Both the position numbers and the translations under genes were made by a program. From Escherichia coli (GTDB lineage Bacteria > Pseudomonadota > Gammaproteobacteria > Enterobacterales > Enterobacteriaceae), in assembly GCF_001677475.2 (NCBI RefSeq), contig NZ_CP015229.1: a DNA stretch of 64,000 nucleotides; one strand, given 5' to 3'. Shown piece by piece: positions 15,166 to 27,224 of the stretch. The notes under the pieces are model-generated. The model did not search any database. It was not told where the DNA came from and saw nothing but the letters and a program-made list of their open reading frames with translations. Every line of letters starts with the position of its first letter. The stretch's first letter is position 1.

Positions 15166-16971
15166 CTACTCAAATTCATCCCAGCCGTCCAGCTGGCGTC
15201 GTTCTTGTTGCATTTCACGCTGGAAAATCTCTTCCAGTTCGCGTCGGGCTTCCCTGGCGCGAGAAATTTGTACGGTATCGGCATGCATTGGGATGAGCTC
15301 ACGCAACATCCGCATATCCAGGCGACGAAAATGCAGCTGCGCCCGCTGTGCCTGATGCGGATGCATGCCAAGCGTGACCAGCGTCTTGCGCCCCAGCTCT
15401 AACGCACTGGAGAATGTCTCACGAGAAAACTGCGTCACCCCTGCCTGTAATAACTCATGCGCCTCCACACGTCCGCGCGCTCGCGCAAGAATATGTAAAT
15501 GCGGAAAGTGCTGCTGGCATATTTCCACCAGTTTCATGGTGTCTTCCGGCTCGTTACAGGTAATGACGATAGACTCAGCGGCCTCTGCACCCGCAGAACG
15601 TAAAAGATCTACCTGCGTGGCGTCGCCGTAATAAACTTTGTAGCCATATTTACGCATCAGGTTAACGGCGCTGATATCCCGCTCCAGCACGGTAATGCGC
15701 ATTTTATTTGCCATCAGCAAACGACCAATCACCTGACCAAAACGTCCAAAGCCCACGACAATGACCTGCGGTTTATCATCGTTGACCCACGGTTTTTCAT
15801 CCTCTTCTTCCGGTCCGTTAAACTGGCGAGATAGCCATTTATCTACCAGCTTCATCAGCAGCGGCGTGGTCATCATGGAAAGCGTCACCGTCACCAGTAA
15901 CAGCGCCATCTGGTCGCCATGGAATAAGCGTTGTGAAGAAGCGGTAGAAAAGAGCACAAAGGCAAACTCACCGCCCTGACTCAACACGCCAGCAAACTGC
16001 ATCCGCTCTGAGCTACGCACGCCATACAGTCGCGCCAGCAGATACAGCACGAGAATTTTCACCGCCACCAGCACAACCACAGCTATCACTACCCACAACA
16101 GATGGGTATAAAGCACCCCGAGGTTGAGCGACATGCCAACAGAGATAAAGAACAAACCGAGCAGCAAGCCTTTGAAGGGATCGATAGCCGTTTCCAGTTC
16201 GTGGCGATATTCGCTTTCTGCCAGCAACACGCCCGCAATAAACGTACCAAGCGCCATCGACAACCCCAGCGCATCCATAAATAACGCGGAACCCAACACC
16301 AGCAGCAGCGTCGCGGCGGTGAACACTTCCCGCACGCCAGAAGCTGCAATAAAACGGAATACCGGACGCAGTAAATAGCGCCCGCCAATCAGCATGCCGA
16401 CAAACGCCAGCACCTTCATGCCGATCTTCATCCAGTCGAAATGTTCGTCTGCCGACCCCGCCAACAACGGCACTAACGCCAGTGCCGGGATCACCGCCAG
16501 ATCCTGAAACAGCAGTACCGAGAAACCTAACTGGCCGGATTCGCTGCGATTCATCCCTTTCTCACGCATCAGTTGCAGTGCCATTGCGGTTGAGGACATC
16601 GCAAGGCCAATGCCACCGACCACCGCCGCCTGCCAGGCGAAATCCATCAGCATCAATAATCCCGCCAGTAACGCCGCGCTTAGCAGCACCTGTGCCGCGC
16701 CTACGCCAAAAATCGAACGCCGCAGTTGCCAAAGCTTGGAAGGATTCAACTCAAGGCCGATGATAAACATCAGGAACACCACGCCGAGTTCCGAAAAGTG
16801 GAGGATCTCATCGACGTCGCTAATAAAACCCAGCCCCCACGGGCCAATTGCAATCCCTGCCAGCAAATATCCCAACACAGCGCCAATACCCAGCCGCGAT
16901 GCCAGCGGCACCGCAGCCACCGCCGCGAAGAGAAACAACACTCCTGCGAGTAAAAAATCGGAACCTTCCAT
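15166..16971 (-). CDS. kefB: Glutathione-regulated K+ efflux system protein KefB
   Basis: 601-aa ORF; polytopic N-terminal CPA2 antiporter domain plus C-terminal RCK/KTN domain ([11 protein letters not shown]). Confidence 0.95.
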   Translation of the reverse strand: MEGSDFLLAGVLFLFAAVAAVPLASRLGIGAVLGYLLAGIAIGPWGLGFISDVDEILHFSELGVVFLMFIIGLELNPSKLWQLRRSIFGVGAAQVLLSAALLAGLLMLMDFAWQAAVVGGIGLAMSSTAMALQLMREKGMNRSESGQLGFSVLLFQDLAVIPALALVPLLAGSADEHFDWMKIGMKVLAFVGMLIGGRYLLRPVFRFIAASGVREVFTAATLLLVLGSALFMDALGLSMALGTFIAGVLLAESEYRHELETAIDPFKGLLLGLFFISVGMSLNLGVLYTHLLWVVIAVVVLVAVKILVLYLLARLYGVRSSERMQFAGVLSQGGEFAFVLFSTASSQRLFHGDQMALLLVTVTLSMMTTPLLMKLVDKWLSRQFNGPEEEDEKPWVNDDKPQVIVVGFGRFGQVIGRLLMANKMRITVLERDISAVNLMRKYGYKVYYGDATQVDLLRSAGAEAAESIVITCNEPEDTMKLVEICQQHFPHLHILARARGRVEAHELLQAGVTQFSRETFSSALELGRKTLVTLGMHPHQAQRAQLHFRRLDMRMLRELIPMHADTVQISRAREARRELEEIFQREMQQERRQLDGWDEFE

Positions 16972-17525
16972 CAGCGGCCTCCTGGAGACAGCGGATTTGC
17001 CAGCCAGTCACCGTAGGCTCTGGCGTGACTCGCCAGCTCCTGTGCGCTTTGCCGTCTCGCCCAGTAAATAATGATGGGACTTAACCAATGCATCCGGCAC
17101 ATGCCCGCCGCCAGTTCAAAGGGACGCAGAACATCGCTCATCGGGTAGCGATTCAATGCGTCATAACGGTAAGCACTTTCCGGCTCGCCGGTGGTAATCA
17201 CGCTACGCCAGTACTTTCCCGCCAGTTGGTTTCCTCCCGGCCCGCTGGCAAAACCACGGCTTAATACCCGGTCCAGCCACTCTTTCAGTAGTGCCGGGCA
17301 GCTATAGGTATAAAGAGGATGCTGAAAGACAATCACCTCGTGCTCGCGCAGTAATGCCTGCTCACGGGGGATATCAATAAAAAAGTCGGGATAGTGCGCG
17401 TAAAGGTCGTGCACGGTAACATTGCTGAGCTGCGTGGCCGGTTTAAGCAGTACCCGGTTTGCCACCGAGTCCTGAGATTCCGGATGGGCATACAGCAGCA
17501 AAACTTTCGCTGGCTGAGACATCAT
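16971..17525 (-). CDS. kefG: KefB ancillary protein KefG (flavodoxin-like quinone oxidoreductase fold)
   Basis: 184-aa [23 protein letters not shown]; stop overlaps kefB start. Confidence 0.9.
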
Positions 17526-17652
17526 CCCCCTCCCGGTATGGTTTTTGTGTATAGTCGCTGTTTTGGGCTACCATTGCGCCCGGTGCGGCAGCTCGCCCAT
17601 ACATTACATTATCATAATGATAAGTTAACATAGTCTGAACATACGGCACCTT

Positions 17653-19566
17653 ATGATTGTTTTCTCCTCGTTACAAATTCGTCGCGGCGTGCGCGTCCTG
17701 CTGGATAATGCCACCGCCACCATCAACCCCGGGCAGAAAGTCGGCCTGGTGGGTAAAAACGGCTGTGGTAAATCTACCCTGCTGGCATTGCTGAAAAATG
17801 AAATCAGCGCCGACGGCGGCAGCTACACCTTTCCGGGAAGCTGGCAACTGGCGTGGGTGAATCAGGAAACGCCGGCGTTACCGCAAGCGGCGCTGGAATA
17901 TGTCATTGACGGCGACCGTGAATATCGTCAACTGGAAGCGCAGCTGCACGACGCCAACGAACGTAACGACGGGCACGCCATTGCGACCATTCATGGCAAG
18001 CTGGATGCTATTGACGCATGGAGTATTCGCTCCCGTGCCGCCAGCCTGCTGCACGGCCTCGGTTTCAGCAATGAACAACTGGAGCGCCCGGTAAGTGATT
18101 TCTCCGGTGGCTGGCGTATGCGTCTTAACCTTGCCCAGGCGCTAATTTGCCGTTCAGACTTGCTGCTGCTCGACGAACCGACTAACCACCTCGATCTCGA
18201 TGCCGTTATCTGGCTGGAAAAATGGCTGAAGAGCTATCAGGGCACGCTGATCCTGATCTCTCACGACCGCGACTTCCTCGATCCGATCGTCGATAAAATT
18301 ATTCATATCGAACAACAAAGCATGTTCGAGTACACCGGCAACTACAGTTCGTTTGAAGTACAGCGCGCCACCCGTCTGGCGCAGCAACAAGCGATGTATG
18401 AAAGCCAGCAGGAACGCGTGGCACATCTGCAAAGTTATATCGATCGTTTCCGTGCCAAAGCCACCAAAGCGAAGCAGGCCCAGAGCCGCATTAAGATGCT
18501 GGAGCGTATGGAGCTGATTGCCCCCGCGCACGTCGACAATCCGTTCCGCTTTAGCTTCCGCGCGCCGGAAAGCCTGCCAAATCCGTTACTGAAGATGGAA
18601 AAGGTCAGCGCAGGCTATGGCGATCGCATTATTCTCGACTCGATTAAACTAAATCTGGTCCCCGGCTCGCGCATTGGTCTGCTAGGCCGCAACGGTGCGG
18701 GTAAATCGACATTAATCAAACTGTTAGCCGGTGAACTTGCGCCAGTCAGCGGTGAAATTGGTCTGGCGAAAGGGATCAAGCTCGGCTACTTCGCCCAGCA
18801 TCAACTGGAATACCTGCGCGCCGACGAATCGCCTATTCAACATCTGGCACGTTTAGCGCCGCAGGAGCTGGAGCAAAAACTGCGTGATTACCTCGGCGGC
18901 TTTGGTTTCCAGGGCGATAAAGTAACCGAAGAAACGCGCCGCTTTTCCGGTGGGGAAAAAGCCCGCCTGGTGCTGGCATTAATTGTCTGGCAGCGTCCGA
19001 ATCTGCTGCTGCTCGACGAACCGACTAACCACCTTGACCTCGACATGCGTCAGGCACTCACCGAAGCATTAATCGAGTTCGAAGGCGCGCTGGTTGTCGT
19101 CTCGCACGACCGTCATTTGCTGCGTTCCACCACTGACGATCTCTACCTGGTTCACGATCGTAAAGTCGAACCGTTCGACGGCGATCTGGAAGATTATCAA
19201 CAGTGGTTGAGCGACGTACAAAAGCAGGAAAACCAGACCGACGAAGCGCCAAAAGAGAACGCAAACAGCGCCCAGGCACGTAAAGATCAGAAGCGTCGGG
19301 AAGCGGAGCTGCGTGCGCAAACCCAACCGCTGCGTAAAGAGATCGCCCGTCTGGAAAAAGAGATGGAAAAGCTGAACGCACAGCTGGCGCAGGCGGAAGA
19401 GAAACTCGGCGACAGCGAACTGTATGACCAGAGCCGTAAAGCGGAGTTGACCGCCTGCCTGCAACAGCAAGCCAGCGCCAAATCCGGCCTGGAAGAGTGC
19501 GAAATGGCATGGCTGGAAGCCCAGGAGCAGCTTGAGCAGATGCTGCTGGAAGGCCAAAGCAACTGA
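17653..19566 (+). CDS. yheS: ABC-F family ATPase (translation-associated), two ABC cassettes
   Basis: 637-aa ORF with two Walker A motifs (GKNGCGKST, GRNGAGKST), two LSGG signatures and charged C-terminal coiled coil. Confidence 0.93.
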   Translation: MIVFSSLQIRRGVRVLLDNATATINPGQKVGLVGKNGCGKSTLLALLKNEISADGGSYTFPGSWQLAWVNQETPALPQAALEYVIDGDREYRQLEAQLHDANERNDGHAIATIHGKLDAIDAWSIRSRAASLLHGLGFSNEQLERPVSDFSGGWRMRLNLAQALICRSDLLLLDEPTNHLDLDAVIWLEKWLKSYQGTLILISHDRDFLDPIVDKIIHIEQQSMFEYTGNYSSFEVQRATRLAQQQAMYESQQERVAHLQSYIDRFRAKATKAKQAQSRIKMLERMELIAPAHVDNPFRFSFRAPESLPNPLLKMEKVSAGYGDRIILDSIKLNLVPGSRIGLLGRNGAGKSTLIKLLAGELAPVSGEIGLAKGIKLGYFAQHQLEYLRADESPIQHLARLAPQELEQKLRDYLGGFGFQGDKVTEETRRFSGGEKARLVLALIVWQRPNLLLLDEPTNHLDLDMRQALTEALIEFEGALVVVSHDRHLLRSTTDDLYLVHDRKVEPFDGDLEDYQQWLSDVQKQENQTDEAPKENANSAQARKDQKRREAELRAQTQPLRKEIARLEKEMEKLNAQLAQAEEKLGDSELYDQSRKAELTACLQQQASAKSGLEECEMAWLEAQEQLEQMLLEGQSN

Positions 19567-20588
19567 TGGCGCAGATAACGACGACCGAGGCCAATGAATT
19601 CAGCAGCAGCGCTGAATTCACCCCTATGCGCGGCTTTAGCAATTGTCATCTCCAAACCATGCTGCCGCGTCTGTTTCGTCGTCAGGTGAAATTCACCCCG
19701 TACTGGCAGCGACTGGAGTTGCCCGACGGCGATTTTGTCGATCTCGCGTGGAGTGAAGACCCTGCACAGGCGCGGCATAAACCGCGTTTAGTGGTGTTTC
19801 ACGGGCTGGAAGGCAGTCTCAATAGCCCTTACGCCCACGGTCTGGTTGAGGCGGCGCAAAAGCGCGGCTGGCTGGGCGTGGTGATGCATTTTCGCGGATG
19901 CAGCGGTGAACCAAACCGTATGCACCGCATTTACCATTCGGGCGAAACCGAAGACGCCAGCTGGTTTTTACGCTGGCTGCAACGCGAATTTGGTCATGCG
20001 CCAACGGCTGCCGTCGGCTATTCGCTCGGCGGTAATATGCTGGCCTGTTTGCTGGCAAAAGAAGGCAATGATCTCCCGGTTGATGCGGCGGTGATTGTCT
20101 CTGCGCCGTTTATGCTGGAAGCCTGTAGCTATCATATGGAAAAGGGCTTTTCCCGCGTTTATCAGCGTTACTTGCTGAACCTGTTAAAAGCCAATGCCGC
20201 GCGCAAGCTGGCAGCCTACCCCGGAACACTGCCGATTAATCTCGCGCAGTTAAAATCAGTACGTCGCATCCGTGAATTTGACGATCTAATCACCGCCAGA
20301 ATTCACGGCTACGCCGACGCTATCGACTATTATCGTCAGTGTAGCGCCATGCCGATGCTGAACCGGATCGCCAAACCGACGCTGATTATTCACGCCAAAG
20401 ACGATCCGTTTATGGATCATCAGGTGATCCCGAAACCGGAAAGTCTCCCCCCGCAGGTGGAGTATCAACTGACTGAACATGGCGGTCATGTTGGCTTTAT
20501 TGGCGGTACATTACTTCATCCGCAAATGTGGCTGGAGTCACGCATTCCTGACTGGTTAACAACGTATCTGGAGGCGAAATCATGTTGA
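19566..20588 (+). CDS. yheT: Predicted alpha/beta-fold hydrolase YheT
   Basis: 340-aa ORF; start overlaps yheS stop (ATGA); GYSLGG nucleophile-elbow motif. Confidence 0.85.
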
Positions 20589-20800
20589 TTCCGTGGCAAG
20601 ACCTCTCCCCCGAAACGCTGGAAAATTTAATTGAAAGCTTTGTGTTACGTGAAGGCACCGATTATGGTGAACATGAGCGTACACTTGAACAGAAAGTCGC
20701 CGACGTCAAACGCCAGCTACAGTGCGGAGAAGCGGTGCTGGTATGGTCGGAGCTGCACGAAACGGTCAATATTATGCCGCGCAGTCAGTTTCGCGAATAG
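20582..20800 (+). CDS. yheU: UPF0270 small protein YheU
   Basis: 72-aa ORF overlapping yheT stop by 7 nt. Confidence 0.8.
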
Positions 20801-20853
20801 CCTGCAACCGTCGGCGGACGAGATAATAATGATAGCTAAGTCATGGAGTTACT

Positions 20854-21723
20854 ATGTCTGCCAAACATCCGGTCATTGCGGTAACAGGATCCAGCGGCGC
20901 GGGGACCACCACCACCAGCCTCGCGTTTCGTAAAATATTCGCGCAGTTAAATCTGCATGCAGCTGAGGTGGAAGGCGACAGTTTTCACCGTTACACCCGC
21001 CCGGAAATGGACATGGCGATCCGCAAAGCGCGCGACGCCGGGCGGCATATCAGCTACTTCGGCCCCGAAGCGAACGACTTCGGCCTGCTGGAACAAACCT
21101 TCATTGAATACGGTCAGAGCGGCAAAGGGAAATCTCGCAAATATCTGCATACCTACGATGAAGCCGTACCGTGGAATCAGGTACCGGGGACATTCACCCC
21201 CTGGCAATCTTTACCGGAACCCACTGATGTACTGTTTTATGAAGGTTTACACGGCGGCGTAGTCACGCCACAGCATAACGTTGCGCAGCATGTGGACTTA
21301 CTGGTCGGCGTGGTGCCTATCGTTAACCTTGAGTGGATTCAAAAACTGATCCGCGACACCAGCGAGCGCGGGCACTCACGAGAAGCAGTGATGGACTCGG
21401 TAGTGCGTTCAATGGAAGACTATATCAACTACATCACGCCGCAGTTTTCCCGCACCCATCTTAACTTCCAGCGCGTTCCCACCGTCGACACCTCAAACCC
21501 GTTCGCGGCAAAAGGTATCCCGTCGCTGGATGAAAGCTTTGTGGTGATCCATTTTCGTAATCTGGAAGGGATCGATTTCCCCTGGCTGCTGGCGATGTTG
21601 CAAGGCTCATTCATTTCCCACATCAATACGTTAGTGGTGCCCGGCGGCAAAATGGGTCTGGCAATGGAATTAATTATGCTGCCGCTGGTGCAACGATTGA
21701 TGGAAGGAAAGAAAATCGAGTAA
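20854..21723 (+). CDS. prkB: Phosphoribulokinase homologue
   Basis: 289-aa ORF with N-terminal P-loop VIAVTGSSGAGTTT characteristic of PRK/uridine kinase family. Confidence 0.9.
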   Translation: MSAKHPVIAVTGSSGAGTTTTSLAFRKIFAQLNLHAAEVEGDSFHRYTRPEMDMAIRKARDAGRHISYFGPEANDFGLLEQTFIEYGQSGKGKSRKYLHTYDEAVPWNQVPGTFTPWQSLPEPTDVLFYEGLHGGVVTPQHNVAQHVDLLVGVVPIVNLEWIQKLIRDTSERGHSREAVMDSVVRSMEDYINYITPQFSRTHLNFQRVPTVDTSNPFAAKGIPSLDESFVVIHFRNLEGIDFPWLLAMLQGSFISHINTLVVPGGKMGLAMELIMLPLVQRLMEGKKIE

Positions 21724-21735
21724 CTCTGCTATTAC

Positions 21736-21757
21736 GCCGGATAAAATACTATCCGGC
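21736..21757. repeat. Perfect 8-bp inverted repeat (gccggata...tatccggc), REP-like hairpin between prkB and yhfA
   Basis: Read directly; sits between convergent gene ends. Confidence 0.5.
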
Positions 21758-21777
21758 TTCACAACGGGATAGTTAAA

Positions 21778-22182
21778 TCACGCGGCAACCACTTCATACG
21801 AGTGAGTAATATTCACCGCTTTTTCCAGCATCAACGCCACTGAACAATATTTCTCAGCAGAGAGATCAACCGCACGCGCAACCGCTGCGTCTTTCAGGTC
21901 GCGACCGGTGACGATAAAATGCAGATTAATGTGCGTAAACAGGCGTGGTGCATCTTCGCGGCGTTCAGAGGTCAATTTTACTTCACAATCGACCACATCC
22001 TGACGCCCTTTTTGCAAGATCGAAACCACATCGATGGCACTGCAACCACCCGCCGCCATCAACACCATTTCCATCGGACTTGGTGCTTTATCGCCTGAGT
22101 TGCCGTCCATTAAAATCTGGTGACCAGAGGCGGATTCGCCCAGAAAAGTTAACCCTTCGACCCACTTCACTCGCGCTTGCAT
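21778..22182 (-). CDS. yhfA: OsmC-family protein YhfA
   Basis: 134-aa ORF; OsmC/Ohr-like size and conserved Cys. Confidence 0.85.
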   Translation of the reverse strand: MQARVKWVEGLTFLGESASGHQILMDGNSGDKAPSPMEMVLMAAGGCSAIDVVSILQKGRQDVVDCEVKLTSERREDAPRLFTHINLHFIVTGRDLKDAAVARAVDLSAEKYCSVALMLEKAVNITHSYEVVAA

Positions 22183-22350
22183 TTTTGCTACTCCACTGCG
22201 TCAATTTTCCTGACAGAGTACGCGTACTAACCAAATCGCGCAACGGAAGGCGACCTGGGTCATGCTGAAGCGAGACACCAGGAGACACAAAGCGAAAGCT
22301 ATGCTAAAACAGTCAGGATGCTACAGTAATACATTGATGTACTGCATGTA

Positions 22351-22366
22351 TGCAAAGGACGTCACA
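22351..22366 (+). promoter_or_regulatory. Candidate CRP half-site-bearing operator in crp leader (TGCAA-N6-TCACA)
   Basis: Sequence tgcaaaggacgtcaca ~125 bp upstream of crp ATG; crp is known to be autoregulated via sites in this region. Confidence 0.45.
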
Positions 22367-22483
22367 TTACCGTGCAGTACAGTTGATAGCCCCTTCCCAG
22401 GTAGCGGGAAGCATATTTCGGCAATCCAGAGACAGCGGCGTTATCTGGCTCTGGAGAAAGCTTATAACAGAGGATAACCGCGC

Positions 22484-23116
22484 ATGGTGCTTGGCAAACC
22501 GCAAACAGACCCGACTCTCGAATGGTTCTTGTCTCATTGCCACATTCATAAGTACCCATCCAAGAGCACGCTTATTCACCAGGGTGAAAAAGCGGAAACG
22601 CTGTACTACATCGTTAAAGGCTCTGTGGCAGTGCTGATCAAAGACGAAGAGGGTAAAGAAATGATCCTCTCCTATCTGAATCAGGGTGATTTTATTGGCG
22701 AACTGGGCCTGTTTGAAGAGGGCCAGGAACGTAGCGCATGGGTACGTGCGAAAACCGCCTGTGAAGTGGCTGAAATTTCGTACAAAAAATTTCGCCAATT
22801 GATTCAGGTAAACCCGGACATTCTGATGCGTCTGTCTGCACAGATGGCGCGTCGTCTGCAAGTCACTTCAGAGAAAGTGGGCAACCTGGCGTTCCTCGAC
22901 GTGACGGGCCGCATTGCACAGACTCTGCTGAACCTGGCAAAACAACCAGATGCTATGACTCACCCGGACGGTATGCAAATCAAAATTACCCGTCAGGAAA
23001 TTGGTCAGATTGTCGGCTGTTCTCGTGAAACCGTGGGACGCATTCTGAAGATGCTGGAAGATCAGAACCTGATCTCTGCACACGGTAAAACCATCGTCGT
23101 TTACGGCACTCGTTAA
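22484..23116 (+). CDS. crp: cAMP receptor protein (catabolite activator protein)
   Basis: 210-aa [51 protein letters not shown]...[30 protein letters not shown]. Confidence 0.98.
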
Positions 23117-23154
23117 TCCCGTCGGAGTGGCGCGTTACCTGGTAGCGCGCCATT

Positions 23155-25257
23155 TTGTTTCCCCCGATGTGGCGCAGACTGATTTATCACCCCGATATCA
23201 ACTATGCACTGCGACAAACGCTGGTGCTATGTTTGCCCGTGGCCGTTGGGTTAATGCTTGGCGAATTGCGATTCGGTCTGCTCTTCTCCCTCGTTCCTGC
23301 CTGTTGCAATATTGCGGGCCTTGATACGCCTCATAAACGTTTTTTCAAACGCTTAATCATTGGTGCGTCGCTGTTTGCCACCTGTAGCTTACTGACACAG
23401 CTGCTACTGGCAAAAGATGTTCCCCTGCCCTTTTTGCTGACCGGATTAACGCTGGTACTTGGCGTCACTGCTGAGCTGGGGCCATTGCACGCAAAATTGC
23501 TTCCCGCATCCCTGCTCGCCGCCATTTTTACCCTCAGTCTGGCGGGATACATGCCGGTCTGGGAACCGTTGCTCATCTATGCGTTGGGCACTCTCTGGTA
23601 CGGATTGTTTAACTGGTTTTGGTTCTGGATCTGGCGCGAACAACCGCTGCGCGAGTCACTTAGCCTGCTGTACCGTGAACTGGCAGATTATTGTGAAGCC
23701 AAATACAGCCTGCTTACCCAGCACACCGACCCTGAAAAAGCGCTGCCGCCACTGCTGGTGCGCCAGCAAAAAGCGGTCGATCTAATTACCCAGTGCTATC
23801 AGCAAATGCATATGCTTTCCGCGCAAAATAATACTGACTACAAGCGGATGCTGCGTATTTTCCAGGAGGCGCTGGATTTACAGGAACATATTTCGGTCAG
23901 TTTGCATCAGCCGGAAGAGGTGCAAAAGCTGGTCGAGCGTAGCCATGCGGAAGAAGTTATCCGCTGGAATGCGCAAACCGTCGCCGCTCGCCTGCGCGTG
24001 CTGGCTGATGACATTCTTTACCATCGCCTGCCAACGCGTTTTACGATGGAAAAGCAAATTGGCGCGCTGGAAAAAATCGCCCGCCAGCATCCGGATAATC
24101 CGGTTGGGCAATTCTGCTACTGGCATTTCAGCCGCATCGCCCGCGTGCTGCGCACCCAAAAACCGCTCTATGCCCGTGACTTACTGGCCGATAAACAGCG
24201 GCGAATGCCATTACTTCCGGCGCTGAAAAGTTATCTGTCACTAAAGTCTCCGGCGCTACGCAATGCCGGACGACTCAGTGTGATGTTAAGCGTTGCCAGC
24301 CTGATGGGCACCGCGCTGCATCTGCCGAAGTCGTACTGGATCCTGATGACGGTATTGCTGGTGACGCAAAATGGCTATGGCGCAACCCGTCTGAGGATTG
24401 TGAATCGCTCCGTGGGAACCGTGGTCGGGTTAATCATTGCGGGCGTTGCCCTGCACTTTAAAATTCCCGAAGGTTACACCCTGACCTTGATGCTGATTAC
24501 CACCCTCGCCAGCTACCTGATATTGCGCAAAAACTACGGCTGGGCGACGGTCGGCTTTACCATTACCGCAGTGTATACCCTGCAACTGTTGTGGCTGAAC
24601 GGTGAGCAGTACATCCTTCCGCGTCTTATCGATACCATTATTGGCTGTTTAATTGCTTTCGGCGGTACCGTCTGGCTGTGGCCACAGTGGCAGAGCGGGT
24701 TATTGCGTAAAAACGCCCATGATGCTTTAGAAGCCTATCAGGAAGCGATTCGCTTGATTCTGAGCGAGGACCCGCAACCAACGCCACTGGCCTGGCAGAG
24801 AATGCGGGTAAATCAGGCGCATAACACTCTGTATAACTCATTGAATCAGGCGATGCAGGAACCGGCATTCAACAGCCATTATCTGGCAGATATGAAACTG
24901 TGGGTAACGCACAGTCAGTTTATTGTTGAACATATTAATGCCATGACCACGCTGGCACGGGAACACCGGGCATTGCCACCTGAACTGGCACAAGAGTATT
25001 TACAGTCTTGTGAAATCGCCATTCAGCGTTGTCAGCAGCGACTGGAGTATGACGAACCGGGGAGTTCTGGCGATGCCAATATCATGGATGCGCCGGAGAT
25101 GCAGCCGCACGAAGGCGCGGCAGGTACGCTGGAGCAGCATTTACAACGGGTTATTGGTCATCTGAACACCATGCACACCATTTCGTCGATGGCATGGCGG
25201 CAGCGACCGCATCACGGGATTTGGCTGAGTCGCAAGTTGCGGGATTCGAAGGCGTAA
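23155..25257 (+). CDS. yhfK: Large inner-membrane protein of unknown function (FUSC-like)
   Basis: 700-aa ORF with two hydrophobic multi-helix blocks separated by soluble domain. Confidence 0.85.
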   Translation: MFPPMWRRLIYHPDINYALRQTLVLCLPVAVGLMLGELRFGLLFSLVPACCNIAGLDTPHKRFFKRLIIGASLFATCSLLTQLLLAKDVPLPFLLTGLTLVLGVTAELGPLHAKLLPASLLAAIFTLSLAGYMPVWEPLLIYALGTLWYGLFNWFWFWIWREQPLRESLSLLYRELADYCEAKYSLLTQHTDPEKALPPLLVRQQKAVDLITQCYQQMHMLSAQNNTDYKRMLRIFQEALDLQEHISVSLHQPEEVQKLVERSHAEEVIRWNAQTVAARLRVLADDILYHRLPTRFTMEKQIGALEKIARQHPDNPVGQFCYWHFSRIARVLRTQKPLYARDLLADKQRRMPLLPALKSYLSLKSPALRNAGRLSVMLSVASLMGTALHLPKSYWILMTVLLVTQNGYGATRLRIVNRSVGTVVGLIIAGVALHFKIPEGYTLTLMLITTLASYLILRKNYGWATVGFTITAVYTLQLLWLNGEQYILPRLIDTIIGCLIAFGGTVWLWPQWQSGLLRKNAHDALEAYQEAIRLILSEDPQPTPLAWQRMRVNQAHNTLYNSLNQAMQEPAFNSHYLADMKLWVTHSQFIVEHINAMTTLAREHRALPPELAQEYLQSCEIAIQRCQQRLEYDEPGSSGDANIMDAPEMQPHEGAAGTLEQHLQRVIGHLNTMHTISSMAWRQRPHHGIWLSRKLRDSKA

Positions 25258-25323
25258 TACAGGCTAAACCATCGGATGAGGTGTTCACGCCGCATCCGAC
25301 ATCTTTTGCCTGATGCGTCTTAT

Positions 25324-26559
<1,236 letters not shown>

Positions 26560-26574
26560 TTACGCATAAACCAA

Positions 26575-26615
26575 TATGAAATTATAATCACAAAATATGC
26601 ATAAAAAATCACTGA
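26575..26615 (-). promoter_or_regulatory. Possible ArgR operator (ARG box-like AT-rich imperfect palindromes) in argD promoter
   Basis: Minus-strand tgattataatttcata and attcagtgattttttatgcat resemble TGAAT-N4-ATTCA arrangement; weak. Confidence 0.3.
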
Positions 26616-26629
26616 ATGGCAATCAGAAA

Positions 26630-27193
26630 TCAGCGATGCAGGAAATTAGCCAGCAGTTGATGTCCTTGTTCGCTAAGAATACTTTCTGGATGGAACTGCA
26701 CGCCTTCAAGATCCCACTGGCGATGGCGAATCCCCATAATCTCGCGGGTTTCGCTCCAGGCCGTCACTTCAAAGCACGCTGGTAATGAGTCAGGTTCCAC
26801 CACCAGCGAATGGTAGCGTGTCACGGTAAGTGGATTTGCCAGCCCCCGAAATACGCCCTCACCGCTATGTGTAATCGGTGAGGTTTTGCCGTGCATGACC
26901 TTTGCGGCGCGCACAACTTTGCCGCCAAATGCCTGCGCCATTGCCTGATGACCGAGGCAGACGCCAAGAAGCGGCAAGCGTCCGGCATAGTGACGAATAG
27001 TCTCAAGGGAGATCCCGGCTTCATTGGGCGTACAGGGGCCAGGTGAGATGACAATTTTCTGCGGTTTAAGGGCGTCGATATCCGCCAGCGTCAACGCATC
27101 GTTGCGCTTAACCAGCACATCCGCCCCCAGTTCACAAAAGTACTGGTAGAGGTTCCAGGTGAAAGAATCGTAGTTATCAATAAGCAGGATCAT
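26630..27193 (-). CDS. pabA: Aminodeoxychorismate synthase glutamine amidotransferase component
   Basis: 187-aa class-I GATase [29 protein letters not shown]...GVCLGHQ. Confidence 0.95.
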   Translation of the reverse strand: MILLIDNYDSFTWNLYQYFCELGADVLVKRNDALTLADIDALKPQKIVISPGPCTPNEAGISLETIRHYAGRLPLLGVCLGHQAMAQAFGGKVVRAAKVMHGKTSPITHSGEGVFRGLANPLTVTRYHSLVVEPDSLPACFEVTAWSETREIMGIRHRQWDLEGVQFHPESILSEQGHQLLANFLHR

Positions 27194-27224
27194 GGCGGCT
27201 CCGGTACGAAAGAACCGCGCTATT

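Noticed and set aside
16482-17084. Several 75-150-aa alternative-frame ORFs overlapping kefB/kefG
   Set aside because: All lie inside the confidently assigned kefB and kefG reading frames on either strand; no supporting signals.
19058-19778. Minus-strand ORFs of 160-194 aa overlapping the yheS 3' end and yheT 5' end
   Set aside because: Antisense to two well-supported, translationally coupled genes; Arg/Leu-rich low-complexity products.
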